A DNA stretch of 64,000 nt from Gemmatimonadales bacterium. GTDB lineage: Bacteria; Gemmatimonadota; Gemmatimonadetes; Gemmatimonadales; GWC2-71-9. The notes beneath the pieces were generated by a model. That model searched no databases, was not told the DNA's origin, and saw only the letters and a list, made by a program, of their open reading frames with translations. Positions 17,308 to 25,777 of this stretch are shown here, one piece after another. Made by a program: the position numbers and the translations under genes. The first letter of the stretch is position 1; every line of letters starts with the position of its first letter. Location: assembly GCA_038321865.1 (NCBI GenBank), contig JBBQFH010000007.1:32001-96000 (forward strand). The letters are read 5' to 3'.

Positions 17308-18252
17308 CTAGCCGGGAGCTTCCGCGTCGGACACGACGGCGCCGCGGCGAGGGCGGTCCAGATCCTGGCGGGCGAGGAGGGTATTGATCGATACCGCTGC
17401 CTCGGCGCCCTCCGCGGCGGCGACCACGACGAGCTGCGCGTCACGAGAAGCGTCACCAGCCACGAATACGCCCGGCACGTTGGTGCCCTCGCCCTGACGG
17501 GTCGCGACCGCCCCGGCCTCGGTGAAGCGGCAGCCAAGCTTGGCGGCGAGCCCCGATCGCTGGCGTTGCGAGGTGCAGAAGAATAGTGCCGAGCGCTTCA
17601 GCACGGAGCCGTCGGCCAGGACGACCTGTTCCAGCTTGTCCCCCCGCCCTTCCAGCCGAACGATCTTCTCAGGGCAGACCTCGATGCCGTGGGCGGCGAG
17701 CTCGGCCGAGAGCTCCGGGTCGACCCCGGGGAACCCGTCGGTGCACAACACGATGTCCCGCGTCCACACCAGCATGCCGAGGGCATAGCGCGCGGCCGTG
17801 TCGCCGCAGCCGTACACCGCGATGGGCTGATCGCGATGCTCCCACCCGTCGCAGTACGGGCAGTGGTGAACCGTACGCCCATAGTATCGCTCGATGCCCT
17901 CGATCACCGGCACATCGTCCACGACCCCGGTGCACAGCAGGAGCGTCCGGGCCTCGTACTGGTCGCCGCCGGTGAGCGTGACACGGAACCCGCCGGCGCT
18001 GGGTTCGGCATCGGCCACTTCGGTGTCGCGAAGCACGATCTTCCGGTAGGGCGCCAGCTGCTCGCGGGCAACGCGTAGAAAATCCGCCGGCGACAGGCCA
18101 TCACGGGTCAGATACCCGTGCATGCTCGCGGAGCACTGGTTTCGCGGCGTTCCGGCATCGAGCACGAGTGCCGAGCGGCACGCCCGACCGAGAATGAGCG
18201 CTGCGCTCAGTCCGGCCGGGCCGCCGCCCACGATGATGCAGTCGTACGTCAC
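17308..18252 (-). CDS. TrxB-like NAD(P)/FAD-dependent oxidoreductase
   Basis: IIVGGGPAGLSAA, HCPYCDGWE, PGVFVAGDA. Confidence 0.9.
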   Translation of the reverse strand: MTYDCIIVGGGPAGLSAALILGRACRSALVLDAGTPRNQCSASMHGYLTRDGLSPADFLRVAREQLAPYRKIVLRDTEVADAEPSAGGFRVTLTGGDQYEARTLLLCTGVVDDVPVIEGIERYYGRTVHHCPYCDGWEHRDQPIAVYGCGDTAARYALGMLVWTRDIVLCTDGFPGVDPELSAELAAHGIEVCPEKIVRLEGRGDKLEQVVLADGSVLKRSALFFCTSQRQRSGLAAKLGCRFTEAGAVATRQGEGTNVPGVFVAGDASRDAQLVVVAAAEGAEAAVSINTLLARQDLDRPRRGAVVSDAEAPG

Positions 18253-18324
18253 GGAATCGATACGACGGTTATACAGCAGGAAGCAGCATTCCGGAAGAGC
18301 TCACCTGCGCCGGAATCTTGGGCC

Positions 18325-19062
18325 TCAGCCGCGAGCGGGAGCTGGCTCCCCCGATGGAGCGCCGGCCCCGGCCTCAATGACCTGCTTGAACCGGCGGAGG
18401 TCATCCGCGATCTGCTGCGACGGCGCCTCGCCCAGCAGGCGGGCGACCACGTCACCGAGGCGGCCGGCGGGCGGCTCATAGCTCAGCACGACCCGGACCT
18501 CGGTCCCGCCGCCGCCGGGCGCCGCCCGGAAATGGACCGATCCGGCGTTGGGAATATCGGAGCCCGGAAGGGACCTCCACGCGATCAGCTCGTTGGGAAT
18601 CTCGTTATGGATCTCGGCATCCCATTCGACTCTCTGCCCGGCGGGCGCCTTGGCAACCCAGTGCGAGCGGCGGGCGTCGATCGTCGTGACGCTCTCCAGG
18701 TGATCCATGAATCGCGGCAGATTTTCCAGGTCGCGCCAGAAGCTGAACAGCTCCTCCGCCGGCCGGTCGATGGTGACGCTCTGCTCGATCTTGACGCCCT
18801 GCCCCCGCCCCACGCTGGCCACCGGGCTCACCCGGTCGTCCGCGCCGGAAGCGGTGTTCCGGCCAATCGCTGCATTGACCGGGCACCGGCCGGTGGCCGC
18901 GCGTGCGAGCAGCCCGCCGCCGATCGGCAGCAGCAGTCCGCGCAGCCGGCGCTGCCGAAGGCTGAATGCGACCAGGGCCGCGCCCGCGAGGCCCGAAATG
19001 ATGCGCTCCGTCCGGCCCACGTTGACGCCGAGCTGGGCCTCCTCCGCCGTGTTTCTCGCCAT
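18325..19062 (-). CDS. SRPBCC (polyketide cyclase-like) protein with N-terminal DUF2892/YgaP segment
   Basis: NVGRTER...RAATGRCP; WRDLENLPRFMDHL, SHWVAKAPAG, DLRRFKQ. ATG at 19062. Confidence 0.88.
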   Translation of the reverse strand: MARNTAEEAQLGVNVGRTERIISGLAGAALVAFSLRQRRLRGLLLPIGGGLLARAATGRCPVNAAIGRNTASGADDRVSPVASVGRGQGVKIEQSVTIDRPAEELFSFWRDLENLPRFMDHLESVTTIDARRSHWVAKAPAGQRVEWDAEIHNEIPNELIAWRSLPGSDIPNAGSVHFRAAPGGGGTEVRVVLSYEPPAGRLGDVVARLLGEAPSQQIADDLRRFKQVIEAGAGAPSGEPAPARG

Positions 19063-19063
19063 A

Positions 19064-19936
19064 TCAGTTCTCTCCTTCCGCGGTGAGCATCGCTTTGAGC
19101 CGCCCCAAATCGTCGTGCAGCCGGAGCGCAGGGTCGGCGCCGAGCAGCCCGGGCTGGCGCATCGCCGGCGCACCGGGGCCCGGAGTGTAGGCGATACGGG
19201 CGTCGATTCGCGTCCCCGAGCCGGACGGGGAGAAGCGGATCGTGCCCACGTGCTGCACCGGGCTGTCCGCATCGCTCTCCCACGCCAGAAAATGCCCGGG
19301 CTGATCACCGGTCAGGTTCGCCGTCCAGATTACCGGTGCCCCGGCAGGACCGTCCATGGTCCAGCGCGATTTACCGGCCCCGAGGTCCTCGACGCGGGTG
19401 GCATGGGACAGCAGCCGCGAAAGATTTTCCCAGTTCCGCCAGAAGCCGTAGGCCGCCGCCGGGGTCGCGGCCACGTCGATGGAGCGCTGGGCCTCGACCG
19501 TCCGTCGGCGCTCCCGCAACAGTCCGCTCGGAAGGCGCTCGAGGTCCCTGAGTCCGGCGGCGAGCAGGCTGCCGCCGACGGAGCGCATCGCGCCGCCCAG
19601 CGGGCCGCGGCGGGCGACCCCGTAGAGCGCGAGCGCGCCGCCGGCCACACCGAAGGCAGCGGCGGAGCCGCTCAGCCGTCCGGGGGCAGCCTCACCGGTA
19701 CGCAGGCGGTGGGCGTCGAGTCCGTCGATATCACCCCGACGCGTACGCAGCGCCGACTCCGCACCGGGGCGGATCAACGTCCCGATTCCGCCAAGACCAC
19801 CGGCGCTGAATTCGGCACGAAGCTGCTCCACGCGACTCCGCACGCGAGCGCGGCGGCGTTTCCCGTGGGCAGGGTCGAGCAAATAGACCGCAGCGGCGCC
19901 GGCCGCAAAGCCGGCGAGAAACGACTTTCGTGCCAT
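19064..19936 (-). CDS. SRPBCC protein with YtxH-like N-terminal anchor
   Basis: FLAGFAAGAAAVYLLDPAHGKRRR; WRNWENLSR, SRWTMDGPAG, DDLGRLK. ATG at 19936 with GGAG RBS. Confidence 0.82.
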   Translation of the reverse strand: MARKSFLAGFAAGAAAVYLLDPAHGKRRRARVRSRVEQLRAEFSAGGLGGIGTLIRPGAESALRTRRGDIDGLDAHRLRTGEAAPGRLSGSAAAFGVAGGALALYGVARRGPLGGAMRSVGGSLLAAGLRDLERLPSGLLRERRRTVEAQRSIDVAATPAAAYGFWRNWENLSRLLSHATRVEDLGAGKSRWTMDGPAGAPVIWTANLTGDQPGHFLAWESDADSPVQHVGTIRFSPSGSGTRIDARIAYTPGPGAPAMRQPGLLGADPALRLHDDLGRLKAMLTAEGEN

Positions 19937-20016
19937 ACCTGCTCCCTTCGAGCCGAGCCCGACGTTCGACGGCTGTACGGTGTGAGTCAATAGTGGGTGT
20001 CGCGACCGCTTTCCCC

Positions 20017-20032
20017 TGTGACAAGGCTCACA
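20017..20032. promoter_or_regulatory. CRP-family binding site TGTGA-N6-TCACA upstream of the SRPBCC genes
   Basis: Perfect consensus TGTGACAAGGCTCACA, intergenic. Minus-strand TTGACT at 19990-19985. Confidence 0.65.
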
Positions 20033-20077
20033 CAAATGTCGCGGCCACCCAGTCGTGGGCGCACCCGCCCGCCCTTC

Positions 20078-21376
20078 TCAGCGTGGCGGGGCCTGCTCGG
20101 AAAGTATGGATTCGGCCCGTTCAACCACGCGGGCGCGATCTGCCGCCCCCACGATCGAGCCGGCCTCAGCCCGCATCGCCTCGGCCTCGTCGCGCAACTT
20201 GCCCCGCAGCTCGTCGGAGCGGGCACACGCACCCACCGTCTCGATCGCGCCGAGCAGGCGGAGGGACACCTCGGGATAGTTCCGGGAGTAGCGGCGAATC
20301 GCATCCAGCGCGGCGGCGATGACCTCCGCGGGGCGGGCCGGCGTGGTCACCAGCCTGAGCATGCCGTCGCCATCGTAGCGGAACCCGGAGACCTCGTCCG
20401 CCTCGGCCAGCCGGCACAGCACCGACGAGAGATAGTCCACGCAGACGATCGCGGTAAACGGATCGTTCGTGGCGGAGGAGAGCGCGCGCACGCCGATCTC
20501 CACCAGCTGACCGACGGCGGCGCTCACATCGTGCAACGGTGTGCGAGCGCGCCCGATGAAGAACCGGCTCTGGATGTCGCGCATCACCCGCGCGCCACCC
20601 GGCTTGCCGTGTACGCGGACCAGCACGTCTCCCGCCCGGACAAATCTCCCCGGTCGCGCCAGCAGCTCCAGCACCAGATCGTGACGCCGGGCGAGGTCCA
20701 GCAGCCCCAGCCCATCGAGGCTCTCCACGTACCCGGTGCGGCGTGATGCGACGGCCGGACCCGCGGGTGGCGCCAGCTCCAACTCCGGGCCACCGCGCCC
20801 GATCAGCCTGGGGAAGAGCTCCCTGATGGTCGCGTCGGCTTCCCGGGTCGCAGCGGCAATCACGTTTTCCACCTGGATCATCGAGGCGACGTGATGAATG
20901 AAGTAGATCAGCACGCCCAGGCTGAGGATGGCCAGCGCGATCGCGAGCGACACCGATACGTGCGGCACGAAGCGGTCGCTCTCGTCGCCGCGCACGCCCT
21001 GCAGCACCAGCAGGCAATACAGAAACGTCGAGATGAAGGTGCCGAGGACGAATTCGTTGCCGGTGTCGCGCAGGAAGTTGCGAAGGAGACGGGGACCGAA
21101 TTGCGATGACGCGAGGGACAGGACGAGAATGGTGATCGAGAAGCTCACGCCGGCAACCGTCATAATGGATCCCGCCACGGTGGACAGGAGCCAGCGGGCG
21201 CCCTCGGCCGTCCCCTGATACAGCCAGTTGAGGCTGTTGATCTGGCCTTCGCTCAGGTGCCGGTCGAAGTTCAGCGCCGTGACGGCGAGCCCCGCGCTGA
21301 TCGTGGTCATGACGCTCGGCACGAGCCAGTAGCTCGCCCTGGCCCGTTCCCAGAAGTGACTCAGGCGGGCCGGCAC
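20078..21376 (-). CDS. DUF2254 family membrane protein
   Basis: SYWLVP, LASSQFGPRLL, LIYFIHH, RALS..NDPFTA. Confidence 0.9.
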   Translation of the reverse strand: MPARLSHFWERARASYWLVPSVMTTISAGLAVTALNFDRHLSEGQINSLNWLYQGTAEGARWLLSTVAGSIMTVAGVSFSITILVLSLASSQFGPRLLRNFLRDTGNEFVLGTFISTFLYCLLVLQGVRGDESDRFVPHVSVSLAIALAILSLGVLIYFIHHVASMIQVENVIAAATREADATIRELFPRLIGRGGPELELAPPAGPAVASRRTGYVESLDGLGLLDLARRHDLVLELLARPGRFVRAGDVLVRVHGKPGGARVMRDIQSRFFIGRARTPLHDVSAAVGQLVEIGVRALSSATNDPFTAIVCVDYLSSVLCRLAEADEVSGFRYDGDGMLRLVTTPARPAEVIAAALDAIRRYSRNYPEVSLRLLGAIETVGACARSDELRGKLRDEAEAMRAEAGSIVGAADRARVVERAESILSEQAPPR

Positions 21377-21378
21377 GC

Positions 21379-22998
21379 TCAGGCCCCGGCCGACGGGTCA
21401 GGCTCGTTGCGCAGCAGCATCGCGTAGGCCGGCACGGTGAGGAATTCGGCGAACTCGTCGGCCGTGACCAGGCGGTCGAGAATCAGCGCGGCCTCCTCGA
21501 AACGAGTCCCGCCCCAGCGCGCATCGCCCACATCGCGCCGAAGCGCATCCATCTCCTCACGGCGCAGACTCCGGTAGAGCTCCGCGGTGACGAGCGTGCC
21601 GTCGTCGAGCGTGGCGCCATGCCGGATCCACTGCCAGATCTGGCTCCTCGAAATCTCTGACGTCGCCGCATCCTCCATCAGGCTGAAGATCGGCACCGCT
21701 CCCTGTCCCCTCAACCAGGATTCGAGGTAGCGGAGCGCGACGGCGACGTTGGTGCGCAGTCCCGCGCCGGTGATCGTCCCCTCCGGCATGGCGAGCAGGT
21801 CCCGCGCGCTGACCTGCACGTCGTCCCGCAGCCGGGCAATCTGGTTGGGCCCCGGCATCCGCGCGTCGAACACCTCCTGCGCCGTCGCCACGAGGCCCGG
21901 ATGGGCCACCCAGGTGCCGTCGTGTCCTTCGTCCGCCTCCCGCTCCTTGTCCGCCCGGACCTTGGCGAAGGCGCGCTCGTTCGCCTCCGGATCGTTCTTG
22001 ATCGGAATCTGCGCGGCCATTCCGCCGATCGCATGAATGCCGCGCCGGTGGCAGGTCTTGATCGCGAGCTGAGCGTAGGCACGGAGGAATGCGCGGTCCA
22101 TCGTCACCTGGGCGCGATCGGGCAGGACGAATTCCGGGCGATGGTTGAACTTCTTGATGAAGCTGAAGATGTAGTCCCACCGCCCGCAGTTGAGGCCGGC
22201 GCTGTGCTCCCGCAGCTCATACAGGATTTCGTCCATCTCGAACGCGGCGAGAATCGTTTCGATCAGCACAGTCGCGCGGATGCTTCCGCGGGGAATGCCG
22301 AGCGCGTCCTGTGCGGCCACAAACACATCGTTCCACAGTCGCGCCTCGAGGTGACTCTCGAGCTTGGGGAGGTAGAAGTAGGGGCCGCTGCCGCGCTCGA
22401 GCAGAGGCCGCGCATTGTGGAAGAAAAACAGCCCGAAATCGAACAGGCTGGCCGAAACCGGCGCGCCGTCCAGCAGGGCATGACGCTCATCGAGGTGCCA
22501 GCCCCGCGGCCGGACCAGGAGGGTCGCGGTCTGTTCGGCGAGGCGGTACTCCCTGCCGTCGGCCGAGCAGTATTCGATGCGGCGGCGGACGGCGTCGATG
22601 AGGTTGAGCTGCCCCTGGATATTGTTGTCCCAGGTCGGGCTGTTTGCGTCCTCGAAGTCCGCCATGAAGACCTTCGCGCCGGAGTTCAGCGCGTTGATCA
22701 CCATCTTCCGCTCCACCGGACCGGTAATCTCCACTCGGCGGTCCACCAGGTCGGACGGGATGGGCGCCACCGTCCACGCGCCCTCCCGGATCTCCCGTGT
22801 CTCCTCCAGAAAGTCCGGCAGGCGACCGCCGTCGAGCGCCGCCTGCACGGCGATGCGGCGAGCCAGCAGCTCCCGGCGGCGCGGCTCGAAGCGCCGGGCA
22901 AGCGCCGCCACGAAGGCCAGCGCCTCGTCCGTGAGTACCGTTTCGTATCCCCGCCGGCGCGGGCCGTGCAGTTCCATCGCGGTGGTGCCCTGGGTCAC
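21379..22998 (-). CDS. aceB: Malate synthase A
   Basis: [49 protein letters not shown]. Confidence 0.97.
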   Translation of the reverse strand: MTQGTTAMELHGPRRRGYETVLTDEALAFVAALARRFEPRRRELLARRIAVQAALDGGRLPDFLEETREIREGAWTVAPIPSDLVDRRVEITGPVERKMVINALNSGAKVFMADFEDANSPTWDNNIQGQLNLIDAVRRRIEYCSADGREYRLAEQTATLLVRPRGWHLDERHALLDGAPVSASLFDFGLFFFHNARPLLERGSGPYFYLPKLESHLEARLWNDVFVAAQDALGIPRGSIRATVLIETILAAFEMDEILYELREHSAGLNCGRWDYIFSFIKKFNHRPEFVLPDRAQVTMDRAFLRAYAQLAIKTCHRRGIHAIGGMAAQIPIKNDPEANERAFAKVRADKEREADEGHDGTWVAHPGLVATAQEVFDARMPGPNQIARLRDDVQVSARDLLAMPEGTITGAGLRTNVAVALRYLESWLRGQGAVPIFSLMEDAATSEISRSQIWQWIRHGATLDDGTLVTAELYRSLRREEMDALRRDVGDARWGGTRFEEAALILDRLVTADEFAEFLTVPAYAMLLRNEPDPSAGA

Positions 22999-23135
22999 GT
23001 GAAGCTCCCGAACCGTGTGCGAATCAATGCTTCCATCGTCGAAAGGTGCACCGCGGGCGCCGACGCGGACAAGTGAGCAAAACGACCGTACGCTGGATCA
23101 CCGTCAATTCAGCTCCGATCCTGCCAGATTTGTGC

Positions 23136-24173
23136 ATGACCCTGCTCCGCCTCACCGACCGCGGCCTGTATTGCGAGACCGGAGACTTCTTCATCGACCC
23201 GTGGGGGCCCGTCGACCGGGCGCTCGTCACGCATGCGCACGGAGACCACGCCACCTGGGGCTGCCGCGAATACGTCACCGCCGCTCCGGGCGCGGGCGTC
23301 CTGGGCCGCCGAGTGGGGCCGGACAGCCACATCACCGGCGTACCGTACGGTGAGACCTCGGTCCTCAACGGCGTCCGGGTGTCGTTTCACCCCGCCGGCC
23401 ACATTCTGGGCTCGGCCCAGATCCGCGTGGAGTCGCGCGGGGAAATCTGGGTCGTCTCGGGCGACTACAAGACTGATCCCGATCCGACCTGTACCCCGTT
23501 CGAGCCGGTCCGGTGTCACACCTTCATCACCGAGTCCACCTTCGGCCTGCCGGTCTATCGCTGGCCGGCGCAAACGGAGGTCTTCGCCGAGATCAATGCC
23601 TGGTGGCGGGCCAACGCGGCGGCCGGCAAGACCTCGCTGCTGTATGGGTATGCGCTGGGAAAGGCGCAGCGCCTGCTGGCGGGACTCGACCCATCGATCG
23701 GATCGATTCTGACTCATGGAGCCGTCGAGCGGATGACCGGGGCCTACCGTGAAGCCGGCGTGGCGCTTCCGCCGACCACGCACGCCGCGCTGGTCACGGG
23801 CCGGGGCGCCACGCGGGGGGCGATGATCATCGCCCCGCCCTCGGCCGAAGGAGGAACGTGGGCCCGCCGGTTCGGCCCGTCGTCCCGCGCATTCGCATCT
23901 GGTTGGATGCGCGTGCGCGGGGCCAGGCGGCGGCGCGCGCTCGATCGTGGCTTTACGCTTTCGGATCATGTGGATTGGCCGGCGCTGCTCGCTGCCATCG
24001 ACGCGACCGGGGCGGAGCATGTATGGGTAACCCACGGATTTACTGGCGTCGTCGTACGGTGGCTGCAGGAGCACGGGCTCGACGCCAGAGCGATCGCCAC
24101 GCGATTTGAGGGTGAGCGTGACGATGTCCCGGCCGCCGAAGCTCCGGCCGACGAAGGTGGAGGCTCGGAGTGA
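23136..24173 (+). CDS. Ligase-associated DNA damage response exonuclease (MBL/beta-CASP-like)
   Basis: ALVTHAHGDH, PAGHILGSAQ, SGDYK, ESTFGLP, LSDHVDW, THG. ATG at 23136. Confidence 0.93.
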   Translation: MTLLRLTDRGLYCETGDFFIDPWGPVDRALVTHAHGDHATWGCREYVTAAPGAGVLGRRVGPDSHITGVPYGETSVLNGVRVSFHPAGHILGSAQIRVESRGEIWVVSGDYKTDPDPTCTPFEPVRCHTFITESTFGLPVYRWPAQTEVFAEINAWWRANAAAGKTSLLYGYALGKAQRLLAGLDPSIGSILTHGAVERMTGAYREAGVALPPTTHAALVTGRGATRGAMIIAPPSAEGGTWARRFGPSSRAFASGWMRVRGARRRRALDRGFTLSDHVDWPALLAAIDATGAEHVWVTHGFTGVVVRWLQEHGLDARAIATRFEGERDDVPAAEAPADEGGGSE

Positions 24174-25777
24174 AGGCGTTCGCCGCGCTCTACACTGCGC
24201 TCGACGAGACCACCGCCACCAACGACAAGACCGCGGCGCTCGTCGCCTACTTCCGCGATGCGCCTCCGGCGGACGCCGCCTGGGCGGTGCATTTCCTGAG
24301 CGGGCGCCGCCCCAAGCGCCTCGTCCGGGCGGGAGACCTGCGCGGGTGGGCCGGCGCGGAGGCCGGCGTGCCCGACTGGCTGTTCGAGGAATCGTATCAC
24401 GCCGTAGGCGACATGGCGGAGACCATCGGGTTGCTCCTGCCGGACGGGGGCGGCGGGGCGGATCGGCCGCTGGCGTACTGGGTGGAGGAGCGGCTCCTCG
24501 CGCTGCGCGGACTCGACGCCAATGCCCAGCGCGAGGCGCTGGTCGCGGCCTGGCGTGAGCTCGGAGGGCGCGAGCGCTACGTATGGAACAAGTTGATTAC
24601 CGGCGCGTTTCGCGTCGGCGCGTCCCAGCGGCTCGTGGTGCGCGCGCTGGCGGAGGTCAGCGGCATCTCGGAGGAAGTGATCGCACATCGGCTCATGGGA
24701 GCCTGGGAGCCCGGTCCGGAATTCTTCGCGCGCCTCGTGGCCGCCGACACCCGCGACGCGGACTGGAGCCGCCCCTACCCCTTCTTCCTCGCGCACGCGC
24801 TCGAACAGGAGCCGGCGGCCCTCGGCGACGTCGGCGAATGGCAGGCGGAGTGGAAGTGGGACGGAATTCGCGGCCAGCTGATCCGCCGGGCCGGACAGAC
24901 GTTCGTGTGGTCGCGCGGGGAGGACCTGCTCAACGGCCGGTTTCCCGAGGTCGAGGAGCTGGCAGCGTTCCTGCCTGCCGGCACCGTGATCGACGGTGAG
25001 CTCCTGCCGTGGCGCGATGGGGCGCCGCTCCCGTTCGCGCAAATGCAGCGGCGCATCGGCCGGAAAACGCTGGGCCGGAAAGTGCTGAGCGACGTACCGG
25101 TGGTGCTCGTCGCGTATGACCTGCTCGAGGAGCGGGGCGTCGACATCCGGGAGCTCCCCCTGGCCGAACGGCGCGCCCGCCTCGCGACGCTGGTGGGCGC
25201 GTTGCCGACGGGCGCGAGCATCAGGTTGTCACCGGTCGTTGCCGCGGATTCATGGGAGATGCTGGCGGCCGCTCGCCTCGCCGCGCGCGAGCGCGGCGCC
25301 GAAGGACTCATGCTGAAGCGCGCCGGCTCGGCGTACGGCGTCGGCCGGCGGCGCGGAGACTGGTGGAAGTGGAAGGTGGATCCGCTCACGGTGGATGCCG
25401 TGCTGATCTACGCCCAGGCCGGCAGCGGCCGCCGCGCGGGCCTGTTCACCGATTACACTTTCGGCGTGTGGGATGGCGACCGCCTCGTTCCCATTGCGAA
25501 GGCGTACTCCGGCCTCACGGATGAGGAGATCCGCCAGGTGGACGCGTTCGTCCGGCGGAACACACTGGAAAAGTTCGGCCCTGTCCGCGTCGTGAAGCCG
25601 GAGCTGGTGTTCGAGCTGGCCTTCGAGGGCATCCAGCGCTCGACCCGCCACAAGAGCGGCGTCGCGGTGCGTTTCCCCCGCATGGCGCGTCGGCGTCCCG
25701 ACAAACCGGCGTCGGAGGCCGACACGCTGGAAAACGTTCGCCGCATGATCGACGCCGACGCCCCGGTGGTCAAATGA
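24170..25777 (+). CDS. ATP-dependent DNA ligase
   Basis: Motif I EWKWDGIRG; IDGEL, YDLL, EGLMLK, WWKWK, RFPRM. Confidence 0.96.
   Translation: MKAFAALYTALDETTATNDKTAALVAYFRDAPPADAAWAVHFLSGRRPKRLVRAGDLRGWAGAEAGVPDWLFEESYHAVGDMAETIGLLLPDGGGGADRPLAYWVEERLLALRGLDANAQREALVAAWRELGGRERYVWNKLITGAFRVGASQRLVVRALAEVSGISEEVIAHRLMGAWEPGPEFFARLVAADTRDADWSRPYPFFLAHALEQEPAALGDVGEWQAEWKWDGIRGQLIRRAGQTFVWSRGEDLLNGRFPEVEELAAFLPAGTVIDGELLPWRDGAPLPFAQMQRRIGRKTLGRKVLSDVPVVLVAYDLLEERGVDIRELPLAERRARLATLVGALPTGASIRLSPVVAADSWEMLAAARLAARERGAEGLMLKRAGSAYGVGRRRGDWWKWKVDPLTVDAVLIYAQAGSGRRAGLFTDYTFGVWDGDRLVPIAKAYSGLTDEEIRQVDAFVRRNTLEKFGPVRVVKPELVFELAFEGIQRSTRHKSGVAVRFPRMARRRPDKPASEADTLENVRRMIDADAPVVK

Noticed and set aside
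22999..23135. Possible LexA/SOS box (CGAAC...) upstream of the DNA-repair cluster
   Set aside because: No correctly spaced GTTC half-site and no other recognisable SOS palindrome.
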